From Paraphysomonas bandaiensis (taxonomy: Eukaryota; Protista; Chrysophyceae), in NCBI GenBank assembly GCA_965644295.1, contig CBFFRP010000119.1, forward strand, positions 1 to 64,000: a stretch of DNA of 64,000 bases. The letters run 5' to 3'. Position numbers and translations under genes: made by a program. Below the pieces are notes generated by a model. The model ran no database searches. It worked only from the letters and a program-made list of their open reading frames with translations, and was not told the origin of the DNA. Shown one piece after another: positions 42,812-53,952 of this stretch (position 1 is the first letter of the stretch; every line of letters begins with the position of its first letter).

Positions 42812-44333
42812 CAGGCTTGCGTAACCATTAATGGTAATGGCCATTTATGGCCATTAATGGCCATTAATGGCCTTCCCCCATAAAATGGAAAAAAAGCAAT
42901 TCATTAATGGCCATAAAAGTGGGGGAGAGATGTAGTGCCCATTAATGGCCATTAATGGCAATATCCATTAGTTAGTATCCAGTTGTCAGCATCATGTGAG
43001 AATACGTGACAAGCCACGACCTTCCGGTGCATTATTAGTTATTAATATATTATATACGTATTTAAGTCATTTAAACAATCTGTTTTAAGAATTCATATAA
43101 ATTCTATTGATGTGACAATCATGTTGTGAATGTTAACATGAATTGATTGTGCCACCTTCTTTTCTAGTTTTAAATTCACAGCCCAGCCACTTGTCAGCAT
43201 AAGCAATAAGAACTTTATGTAATATATTATAATACAAGATAGTAAACAAGATATGTAAAGACTGTGAGTATATAGTGAATGAGCAATAAACGGAGACTTT
43301 AATTTAAACGAGAAGAAATTACAACACGAGTGGCTCGATCATATTTGGTTACAAAATTCATCAAGGTTACGAAAAGTATCTGGTTATGCTGCTTGTCTTA
43401 GGAATGACACACGCTGGAACTCTGTCCATCATTCATGGAAGCGGTATTTGTTACTTTCTCCTGTGTTGACTTGTGATAACTTCAATGACGATGTTACTGA
43501 CTTGCTACCTTCTGTACCACAGCACCGACGGATCGCGCAAGTAACATCAGACCTTGCTAAGTGCAACGAAGTCGCATTGATGCTGCAGAAATCGTCTGTA
43601 GATCATTATGTTGTGCGTAGCATGTTCGACAAACTTATTGAAAACTTTCCAGATATGGAACAGTATCTTGGTGCTAATGCTACCATTACAACTGACCCAT
43701 TATTCGAGAGAGCTGTTGTGAAGATCCAAAGCCAACTGGAGAATACTCTGACTGTTGCAGAATCTAAAACCGTTAAGGGCTATCTCCTTGCGGCTCATAA
43801 GGATGACGATAGCAGTGGCGATGATGAAACGGGGGAAACAGGAGGATTTGCTGTGGATATAGTGAGAGAAGCTGTGGCAAAAAAGGCAAAGAACAGCAGG
43901 AGAGCCACTAAATATCGCTCCATGAATCATTTGGTGACGACTTCCAATATTGTTGAGCGATTATTTAGCAGAGCAAAACTTATTATGAGAGACCAGCACA
44001 AGCTAATGGAACCCCAACATTTGGAGCTGCTACTCTTTTTGCGTTGCAACAAATTCTTATGGAACGAAGTTACCATTGATGATATTATAGTTGCTGATGA
44101 TGTTTAAGAATATTGTTCGCATTAGCTATCTGACCTGACTGTAACATGGGAACGAACTGCTCATCATTGCTGTTAAATAGCTAGTACTTAGTCTAATTAT
44201 TAGCACTTTCCATTTACTTCTTTCTAAAGCAATAAAGCAATAGTAATCAAACCATAAATGGTCCATTAATGGCCATAAAAATGGGGGAAGCAATGCGTCG
44301 CCATTAATGGCCATTAATGGTTACGCAAGCCTG
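42812..44333 (+). mobile_element. Internally deleted hAT DNA transposon (family hA), copy 1
   Basis: Perfect 23 bp TIR CAGGCTTGCGTAACCATTAATGG; subterminal CCATTAATGG palindromes; transposase C-terminal half SRLRKV..LRNDTRWNS...TSNIVERLFSRAKL...LELLLFLRCN. Confidence 0.92.
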
Positions 44334-44483
44334 GATATGCAACCCCACTGAGTAGTGAATACGTCGAAGTTAATTACTTAATACTATCCCAACATTCAAA
44401 GACTGAAGGTAGTAGACAGCTACACCAACGTCAATTCATACACAATACAATATATGTTGACATATCATTTTATATCAATGTGA

Positions 44484-46632
44484 CTATGCCCTATTTCTTC
44501 TACTGGCAACATACTCGCGAGGAGATGGCGCGACTGGATAGCCTGACCCGTTGAAATCATCTTGCCAATTGTAATCATACTCCGGACCAGACTTGTTCCG
44601 CAACAATCCGAATCCAGAAGGTGTATCGTCTGGTGGATGAAGACAGTCGTCTTCCAAAGCAGATACGCGTGAATGCGTATACGTTAGTGCAAGCATTGTC
44701 AGAGACACCGCGTCGGAATAAACTGTATACATAAACCTATCATAACAATAGCAGAGCAATACACTATCAAACCTTTAGGTAGAGATAGCGTTTTCCTCAC
44801 AAATTTCTCGATGTCAAGCGTACAATCATAACTGTCATCTAAACTCCATTTATTTTTTTCGCAGGCAATGCATACAGAAGGGCTAATTTGAGATTTAATT
44901 TGGGTAACAATTTCTGCTACTGTTTCTTGCAAGACTGTCACAGGAATTTTCTCTGAAAGGGGATTTCCATGCACAATTTCTCGAACGTATGTGGTTGTCA
45001 TATTCGCTGTAATCTGCTGGACGAATTCTGGTAAGTCATTGAATTTTAATCTCGACTCTGTACGTCGTCCTGATACACGATGTGACACTCTGTTAGGGGG
45101 TGGAGCGTCACTGTCCTCTCCTTCCTCAGTGCTGTCTCCACCCGGAGGTGCTGAACCACCACTGGAACCCATGGCACTTGCTGGAGCAGGTTTCTTTTCT
45201 CGGGAGGAACCTCGGGGTCGACAAGAGACTGATACCCCAGGACCAGTGGATGAATTCTGAAGTTTCGTTTTGAGCTACGTATTACAAATACTGCGTTATC
45301 AGCCACAAAATAGCCAGTACTAAATATCCGATACCTCAGCGTTCTTCTTCCGCAGCTGGGCGACTGATGCACGTAGAGTGGTGTTTTGTGCCATTACCGT
45401 TTTTAAGTCGCTGTCACTGTTATGCCAGCTACTAGTAACTTGTCCATCCGCCTGACTGACTTCAGTCGCCTCACCAGCACCCTCCCCGCTATGGGTATTT
45501 CCCATGCCTTCCCTACGACATGTGAGTTCATATGGGTCAAGCCTCATGTTTACCTTCTAATAGCCTCGTCTCGCTTCTCAATGAGAGTTGAAAGCATGGG
45601 CTCGGGATAGCTCTTACTCACATTGATAGCGGCCATCACGTTGCCGGGGGATGAGGAAGCAATCTGCCGCAGTTCTTCTATCGCTGTCTCTAGAGCTTCC
45701 TCTTCGCGAGAGAGAAATCCATTTTCCGCCTCTTCTACTTTAGATAAAACCAGCTCAAACACGTCCGTTTGGTTAGACCTGCACTTCGACGCCAGAGTAC
45801 ACAAGATTTTGTAGACCTCGTCGGCCCGTCCTCGAATATGTGCTGGCAACTGTGACCGATTGGCCTCAGCAAGAGGAGAATTAGTGAGGACTCGCTCAAG
45901 TACACTACTCTCCAAAGCATCTGCTTGTAGACTACGAATACGATTACGCTCTTTCTCTACACTGTCAATCTCTTGTAGCAGCTTTTCTTTTACAGTCTTC
46001 ACATTCTATTACAACACAAAGGGAGTGACAGATGGAATGCTACATGTCATACATCCGAACCATCATAAGCTCAGCCAACTTTGCATTATCGGTTCGAAAT
46101 TTCGTCAACCAAAACTTTTTTTCTCTCAACAGGTCATCTCTTTCTGTTGCGAGTACCTGCACTTCATCCTCGAGTTCACGTATTCTCCCATTTGTATCGC
46201 TGGCGAAATCACCGCTATCCCTTTCATAGTTATTTGACTCCGCGATTACCCGTGAGCTTCCACTATCACCAAAAAATTCTGTATCGCTGTCGATAGGGGG
46301 TGGGGGCTCAGACTCCGGCTGTACCTCTGATCTACTGGTCTCGTATTTCTTATGGCGGTTTATCAGCTTTGAGGGGGTGTTTTTGGTGGTGCCCGCCTTC
46401 ACTCTTTGAGGAATATTCGGAGAGAAGGTACCTATACACACTCATTCATGCACGTATATACACACAGAGCACAGTATACATTGTGTAACATTACATAACA
46501 ATACATCACGGTGGACTTACACTCCTGCGACTGCCTGCCCACCGTCTCGCTCTTCAGCTTATGCAATTGATCTATAGTTTGCTGGTGCCTCCAGTTCGCC
46601 CACTCTTGTAAGTCCGCAGTTGACCGTTTCAT
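44484..46632 (-). CDS. Hypothetical coiled-coil protein, multi-exon
   Basis: Chain of minus-strand ORFs joined by ~50 nt GT-AG introns; start uncertain; no recognised family. Confidence 0.65.
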
Positions 46633-46986
46633 GGGAGAACCTGTCCTGGTTTCGTCTCTGCGCTTATTTATATGTAACGTAACAGATACACATCACATGA
46701 CTGTCTGTCGACCCAAACTACTCCATCAATAGATATACATATATATATATAGACGTATACTGTACATCTCATCTGCATATGTATATGATATCGTTCGACC
46801 TGCATACCCGAGTATACCGTATAGTATACCGTATACTGTACAGCAGTGCAACGTTCACTGTACACTGACTCGTACTCTGTATACGGTACTGTATGTTGAC
46901 ATCTAGAACAGCAACTGCACAGCAGAAGCAGCCTAGCAGGAGCTCCGCTGGATATCAGTCTCAATTAAGTTCATTCCTATAATATA

Positions 46987-47448
46987 ATGGAACACTTGTC
47001 TCGTGTTGTATTCGGTATTCTCGGAGTGTTTGAGTTTGTGTCAGCTGCTTCGTTTTATTTTAATGCCGCAGAGAGGGTTCTAGCCGAGAGATTGACTCCA
47101 GCGATCTTTGCGGAGAATTTTCCAGTTAAAGTATTGTTTTGTAGCTACTTAATAACTCTTGGAGTGCAGCGCCTGTCTTGGAGTCTTGGTAGCGGAGGAT
47201 GCGCACAATGGATTCTTATGATTGTCACGCATCTCACCGAGTGGACGATGTGGTGCTGCTTCGCAACTGGAGATGATTTTCGCAGAAATCTAACCAATGG
47301 GGAACTATTTGTTGAAATTGCGACCGTTAAGTCTCCAGGAGGAGTACATGCAGCAGTTGTTGTCGTCGGTGTGCCACTTTTAATTTTACTCCTTCTGTTG
47401 ACTGGACCAGGGCGTTTTGGGAAGAAGAAAGAGACAAAGTTAAATTAA
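46987..47448 (+). CDS. Small ~4-TM membrane protein (weak resemblance to Erg28-like proteins)
   Basis: 153 aa single-exon ORF with hydrophobic helices and a Lys-rich C-terminus KKKETKLN. Confidence 0.65.
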   Translation: MEHLSRVVFGILGVFEFVSAASFYFNAAERVLAERLTPAIFAENFPVKVLFCSYLITLGVQRLSWSLGSGGCAQWILMIVTHLTEWTMWCCFATGDDFRRNLTNGELFVEIATVKSPGGVHAAVVVVGVPLLILLLLLTGPGRFGKKKETKLN

Positions 47449-47781
47449 GTAGGATTTTAATAGTAATGTTTCATGGCTATTAATAATTGTTTTGACATTA
47501 CTGTGTCCTATATCTAGATTGATGAATGCACTTGCTGACAAGAGGTTTCACTTCGAAAGAGATGTAAACTGACTCGTATATATCTGTGGGGCCTGTAGAG
47601 CCGAAGTAATCAGAATATTATACGACGCACGTAAACACAGGACGTTTTAGTGTTTATATTTGTATATTCCACACTCAGAGTAGAATATATGCTACTTGAA
47701 TATTATAGATTAACGCTTCCATCGAATTCTCTGTAAACTACAATGATAACACTTCATACTTGCACACGACAGCACTGTGGC

Positions 47782-49282
47782 TGGCCTTCCCCCATAAAAT
47801 GGAAAAAAAGCAATTCATTAATGGCCATAAAAGTGGGGGAGAGATGTAGTGCCCATTAATGGCAATATCCATTAGTTAGTATCCAGTTGTCAGCATCATG
47901 TAAGAATACGTGACAAGCCACGACCTTCCGGTGCATTATTAGTTATTAATATATTATATACGTATTTAAGTCATTTAAACAATCTGTTTTAAGAATTCAT
48001 ATAAATTCTATTGATGTGACAATCATGTTGTGAATGTTAACATGAATTGATTGTGCCACCTTCTTTTCTAGTTTTAAATTCACAGCCCAGCCACTTGTCA
48101 GCATAAGCAATAAGAACTTTATGTAATATATTATAATACAAGATAGTAAACAAGATATGTAAAGACTGTGAGTATAAAGTGAATGAGCAATAAACGGAGA
48201 CTTTAATTTAAACGAGAAGAAATTACAACACGAGTGGCTCGATCATATTTGGTTACAAAATTCATCAAGGTTACGAAAAGTATCTGGTTATGCTGCTTGT
48301 CTTAGGAATGACACACGCTGGAACTCTGTCCATCATTCATGGAAGCGGTATTTGTTACTTTCTCCTGTGTTGACTTGTGATAACTTCAATGACGATGTTA
48401 CTGACTTGCTACCTTCTGTACCACAGCACCGACGGATCGCGCAAGTAACATCAGACCTTGCTAAGTGCAACGAAGTCGCATTGATGCTGCAGAAATCGTC
48501 TGTAGATCATTATGTTGTGCGTAGCATGTTCGACAAACTTATTGAAAACTTTCCAGATATGGAACAGTATCTTGGTGCTAATGCTACCATTACAACTGAC
48601 CCATTATTCGAGAGAGCTGTTGTGAAGATCCAAAGCCAACTGGAGAATACTCTGACTGTTGCAGAATCTAAAACTGTTAAGGGCTATCTCCTTGCGGCTC
48701 ATAAGGATGACGATAGCAGTGGCGATGATGAAACGGGGGAAACAGGAGGATTTGCTGTGGATATAGTGAGAGAAGCTGTGGCAAAAAAGGCAAAGAACAG
48801 CAGGAGAGCCACTAAATATCGCTCCATGAATCATTTGGTGACGACTTCCAATATTGTTGAGCGATTATTTAGCAGAGCAAAACTTATTATGAGAGACCAG
48901 CGCAAGCTAATGGAACCCCAACATTTGGAGCTGCTACTCTTTTTGCGTTGCAACAAATTCTTATGGAACGAAGTTACCATTGATGATATTATAGTTGCTG
49001 ATGATGTTTAAGAATATTGTTCGTATTAGCTATCTGACCTGACTGTAACATGGGAACGAACTGCTCATCATTGCTGTTAAATAGCTAGTACTTAGTCTAA
49101 TTATTAGCACTTTCCATTTACTTCTTTCTAAAAAGCAATAAAGCAATAGTAATCAAACCATAAATGGCCCATTAATGGCCATTAATGGCCATAAAAATGG
49201 TGGGATTTTTAAAATTAATGGCCATAAAAATGGGGGAAGCAATGCGTCGCCATTAATGGCCATTAATGGTTACGCAAGCCTG
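47782..49282 (+). mobile_element. hAT family hA, copy 2, left TIR missing
   Basis: Near-identical to 42869-44333 (ORFs differ by one residue, H/R); right TIR intact at 49260-49282. Confidence 0.92.
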
Positions 49283-49534
49283 GGGACATTAATATATGTG
49301 TCACTTTTCTTGTGTGTGATATGGGAAGCCTATCACACATTGTATACATTCGCTTACAGGCTATTTATGTGGCTTAGGAAATCATATATGTATTTTCAAC
49401 TATTTAAACTACTAGAGCATTGACATAGATTTAAGTGTTTTGATAATCGCAATGAGTAGTATTAATTAACTGAAACAAACGTGGGTAAATTCTAGCACTC
49501 TGCTCCACAAATATAACTTCAATTATTATAACAT

Positions 49535-50909
49535 CTACACCTCTCCCTCTTCAGGCGCACCAATATTTTGTAAATATGAAATGGTGCTATGACCATTGGG
49601 TAGTAACCGTTTAGCCCACCACAATGGTGACCCACCATTACTGGTAAGTGAGCCAATATCAGCACCATGGTCCACCAGGTACTTCACTATTTGTGTGTTA
49701 CCCTTCCTAACTGCTTCATGAATAGGCTGCCAGCCATTTTCATCAGTTGTGTGCACTGAATTTATGTCTCTTTCTACAAACAACATTACATCGTGAAGGC
49801 TATTCGATGCTGCAGCAAAATTAATGGCAAGCCGCTCCTCCTCCTGCGCAGAGAGCTGCTGCACAGGCGGCGTATCAGCATCGTCATCACCATGGTACTC
49901 TTTCATGTGAACTCCAACCGCTGCATTTCTATCACGAAGTTTTATGTTCATTTCAGCGTGGTCCACTGGCTCGTAATGAACAAATATGTTAGCATACATC
50001 CGGCCCTTCATTGGAAAGGGGCGACCATGCAACACCGTGTGCGACTAAAAGTAGCTGTTGTCAGCAAAAGCCAACACACTGCAAATTTACCTACCTCATA
50101 AAGTACCAAGTCTCCAGGTTCCATTGTGATGTTGTGAGCTCTCCCTTCATGGTCATAAACCTCGAGAGGCCAAGGCTCGTCAACATCCTGAGCAACATTA
50201 ATGATGCAGCTTGATACGAGCGGGAGGCGGTCGACATGCGTCGCGAGAACTGCACCATCAGTATAAATTCGAATGCCGTACAGCGAGGTCGGGCGGATTG
50301 AGTGTCCGGTCCATTCCTCTATTATAGGTTGGATTTCACTCCATATTTTCGATTTGAGAGAACCTCCAGCGCCACGAAGATGTGAGTCTTCAGTGGACAC
50401 CATGTAAGTTGGGGACTGCCTGAATATACGCACGGTAATCGTTACAATAAAATAAAATCGACAGCCAAGTTCTTACCAGTGGTTAGTGTACGTATATCCA
50501 CGCCCCCATTTTTCAGCATGTTTTTTGTCCTTGTTAGTTTCAAAAAAGTTTCGAATTACTTCGAATACCCTCTCTGGCGTTCGAATTTTCTTGAATCCCA
50601 GTTCCGTGTAATTGTACTGAGATGCAGGTTGATCTCTACTCATTTTAAGACGGGTGTTCTCGGTTGCAACGCACTCTCGCTGGGAGTATGCTTTGGCACA
50701 TCCTGCCATAAGATCGTTATAGCGTTTTCCCTGACACACACACAGAGGAGAGGAGAGGGCGTTAGCTGACAGATATACTCGCAACAAAAAGAAACCTGAA
50801 TAGAGTTCTTATCGATGCCATAGTGGATGGGATAAGACACATCAACTCCATATTCAACAGACGCACAACGATACAATAGAGACAGAAGGAGCGGCAGATA
50901 GGGGAGCAT
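49535..50909 (-). CDS. Secretory-pathway 2OG-Fe(II) oxygenase-like protein with C-terminal ankyrin repeats, multi-exon
   Basis: Signal peptide; YGVDVSYPIH; SLYGIRIY..GAVLATHVD, EPGDLVLYE/SHTVLHGRP (HxD...H); ankyrin NGWQPIHEAVRKGN..IVKYLVDHGAD. Confidence 0.8.
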
Positions 50910-51412
50910 GCCAGGACTAACAAAGATAGGCCAACAATCTGATGTTTACTGCGGAGCTCACTATGGCTACGGCTGCTGGTGCTGGTTATGGTGTATTTCT
51001 ATTCTAGCAGACACACTGAACTGAACCGAACTGAACTAACTCTTAGCTTTATGTCTGCTGTATTCCTACTGCAATACTTTGTATGCATATACGGCTGCTG
51101 TATATGGTGTAGTCGCCACACATCAACCAATCGCCCATGATTCAAGGATAATTTATCCTCATCATCAGCAGATACACCTTAAGGAGCACAGCACAGGCCG
51201 ATGCTCTGTATAATGAACTTAGAATATCGACCCGCATTGCGTCAATGTCCTATTCTGTCACTCTGCGCTAAGAGAGTCTATTAGTCAGAGCCTGACGCAT
51301 CAGAGCATGCTTTCAGTGTCGAGATATTTCTCCCGAAAGAGTTCAATTAAGAAGAGCTGCAGCCGATTCTGGAGTGCACTGTTACCAGGTAATACTATTA
51401 GCTGTAGTCAAC

Positions 51413-52561
51413 ATGCTCTCAATGCACGCCCCTTACGTCATAGAGAGAAGGCGCGTGGTGGTAAAGAATTTGGCATGGGACACAACTTTGGAAGATTTGA
51501 AGCGCCATATGAGCAGGGCGGGTGATATTTTATCCGGAGAGTTACACCGAACTGATGAGAACACTAATAACTACGCAGTAATTGAGTTCGAAAGAATGCT
51601 CTCTGCAAAGAGAGCTGTCGATATTTTACACAACTCTATGTTTAGAGGTCGAATTTTAAACGTGCAGGCTGTAAGTAAGCTGCTGGACACCGAAAGATCA
51701 GTGGATTCAACATTGTTCAGTAAGCGTCTGTTTATTTCTAATCTCAATTTCGATTGCACTAGCGATGCTCTTAGGAAACATATGGAACAAGTTGGAGTGG
51801 TTGCTTCAGTTGAAATCTTGCATCGCCGCTGTGGACGGAGTACTGGGTTCGGGGTTGTGGAGTTTCCATCGTCAGAGTTAGCGGAGCAAGCGGTTAAAAA
51901 ATTACAGGGTTCAACATTATATGGTCGTCAGATTTTCCTACGGGAAGATAGAGAGGGATTGCTGAGTGCACCCTGGAAGCTTGCTAAAGCGAAACGAGAG
52001 GAGGGCGAAGCATACGTGCCTGAGGAGTATGCTTTAAATTCAGTGTTCGTGAGTAACCTGAGATACGATGTCACGTGGCGTGATCTAAAGGAACACATGG
52101 CTCAAGCTGGTCCAGTTCTGAAGGCGACAATTTTACGTGGTTCACATGACATTTCTCTTGGGTGCGGCATCGTAGTGTATGAAGACAGTAGTGATGCATG
52201 CAAGGCATTTAAAGAATTACATGACACTGAGCTTCGTGGGAGACTTATCCAGGTTCGTGAAGACAGAGCAGCACCAACTGATGGTAAACGACTAGCAGGA
52301 CTCAAGAGATCAAGCCCTGTTCCCGAGAATAGTGTATACGTAGGAAACCTCTCATGGGAAGCTGATTCCAAGACCTTAAAGGAACACCTTTCTTCGTGCG
52401 GCGAGATCAAGAAAGTGATGGTATTTGAAAGTGATGGACGGTCAAAGGGAAATGGTGTTATAGAATTTGCCACAAAACACGCCGCTTTGAGGGCTTTAGC
52501 AACAGCGCATGGCACGTGGTTACTAGGTAGAAGACTGGTGGTTAAGCAGTATAAAAAGTAA
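51413..52561 (+). CDS. Four-RRM RNA/ssDNA-binding protein, GBP2/Gbp1-like
   Basis: Four RRMs (VVVKNLAW, LFISNLNF..RSTGFGVVEF, VFVSNLRYDVTWRDLKEH, VYVGNLSW..RSKGNGVIEF) with REDR linkers; start could be 51307. Confidence 0.85.
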   Translation: MLSMHAPYVIERRRVVVKNLAWDTTLEDLKRHMSRAGDILSGELHRTDENTNNYAVIEFERMLSAKRAVDILHNSMFRGRILNVQAVSKLLDTERSVDSTLFSKRLFISNLNFDCTSDALRKHMEQVGVVASVEILHRRCGRSTGFGVVEFPSSELAEQAVKKLQGSTLYGRQIFLREDREGLLSAPWKLAKAKREEGEAYVPEEYALNSVFVSNLRYDVTWRDLKEHMAQAGPVLKATILRGSHDISLGCGIVVYEDSSDACKAFKELHDTELRGRLIQVREDRAAPTDGKRLAGLKRSSPVPENSVYVGNLSWEADSKTLKEHLSSCGEIKKVMVFESDGRSKGNGVIEFATKHAALRALATAHGTWLLGRRLVVKQYKK

Positions 52562-52961
52562 CAAATTATAGATATGTATTACAACGAAGATGTACGTCAC
52601 CAATAAATAATGTGACGTAGTTGTGATAATAACCTTGGCTATTGGAAAGTAGCCCAGTGCTTTGTGCATTAGAGCAGCGCTAGTGTAGTACTTATTTACT
52701 TCAATATATTCGGTACTACCATATGTCTGTGTCAGTAATTTGACGATCCCTTGCATAACTCAATTTGGGAAAATAACACTTCGCTTCGCTAATAATTGTT
52801 GAATTACTGACAAGCAATTACGAGTCAGTATTTTACCTTTTTAGGGGAAAATATTATTCAACCAAGTCAATTTGGTTGAAACCCTAGTCATACCAAAATT
52901 GGTGGAATATCCTAGTCAATGTATGTGTCAAAGTAATAAATGGCTCAACCTAAAATACACT

Positions 52962-53445
52962 CCCAATAAAGTCGGGCTCACACCCTATCATGGTGTTCTG
53001 GAGGATAAGTACCGCAGACCGGAGATACTTCTCCAGGAAACTAATGTGAACCGCTTATATCAGGGTCTGGTAACCATTAATGGCCCATTAATGGTAGTCC
53101 AGTTCCCGGCAATTATAATGGCAATACCATTAATGACCATTAATGCCATTACCATTAATGGTTACCAGGCCCGGGCTTATATAGTCACCAGATACTGTTC
53201 TGTACACTCATAGCCAAACGCTTGTGTGGTACAAGGGACAGAATTAGTGTCACTTGTGTAGACGTCTTTGGGCCCTGACGAATGAACAGGCACCCGGGGA
53301 TGGGCCCACCGCAAGGGCATCCGAGGTATTGGGCTGCCTGCTGCTGAAGTCAAGCTTCCAGGAATGGCCCACCTCAATGGCAAGGGGGGTATTGGGCTTC
53401 TTTTTGACTCTTACACGCCTAATAATCAGACATTATTCACTACTG
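52962..53445 (+). mobile_element. Family A retroposon copy interrupted by a MITE
   Basis: Diverged head at 52962-53052; body matches 22831-22980. Confidence 0.8.
53061..53174. mobile_element. 114 bp hAT MITE related to family hA
   Basis: TIR CAGGGTCTGGTAACCATTAATGG (21/23 match); 8 bp TSD GCTTATAT (53053-53060, 53175-53182); empty site seen in the paralogous copy near 22830. Confidence 0.93.
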
Positions 53446-53490
53446 TTCATAATATGCTCAATAATAACCACTTCTATATTCTTTCATTGA

Positions 53491-53597
53491 CAGTCATTAT
53501 ATTCAAAAATTATAATAATTAAAATTGAGGCAGCGAGTAATAATTGCGATTATAATTATTGACTACAGCCTGCGTCAATTAATTGATACGCAGCCTG
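53491..53597. mobile_element. Small MITE-like repeat (family C); second copy at 59910-59981 plus 60499-60543
   Basis: Shared aattga(g)acagc(a/g)agtaataattgc.attataatt..gactaca.cctg.gtcaattaatt..gatacgcagcc(c)tg; CTG terminus. Confidence 0.65.
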
Positions 53598-53952
53598 TTT
53601 TGCTAAATACCCTTGAACCTTGAACTACAGATTTGAATTGCTTCAAATATCAAAACGCAACATTCATAATCCTGCAAAGTTATAATATTATATTATATTC
53701 AATTCAGTGCTGATGTAACCTGCGTTCATTTGGTAATGCGATTCCAAGTAGTTCTTCATGCCATGTTTAAAACCTTTCTTTGGCACGAGAGAAGAAGTAT
53801 ATCGAGTTTCTATGTTAGACGTTAAACTATGACTAATTGCTCATAGCAGCTATAATTAACAGGTGTGATTTGGGTTCTTCTGGCTCAATAACTAATAAGA
53901 ATTATAACGTCCTACAATTACTGAAAAATATGATTCTAGAGTTGGTTTCAAC

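Noticed and set aside
42812-49290. Evidence that the two hAT copies already moved as one composite
   Set aside because: Outer flanks (tggaccag / gggacatt) are not a TSD
53272-53300. CUGACGA in the family A body as a hammerhead ribozyme core
   Set aside because: No stem II followed by GAAA; other CUGAUGA hits (172, 27696, 60732) also fail
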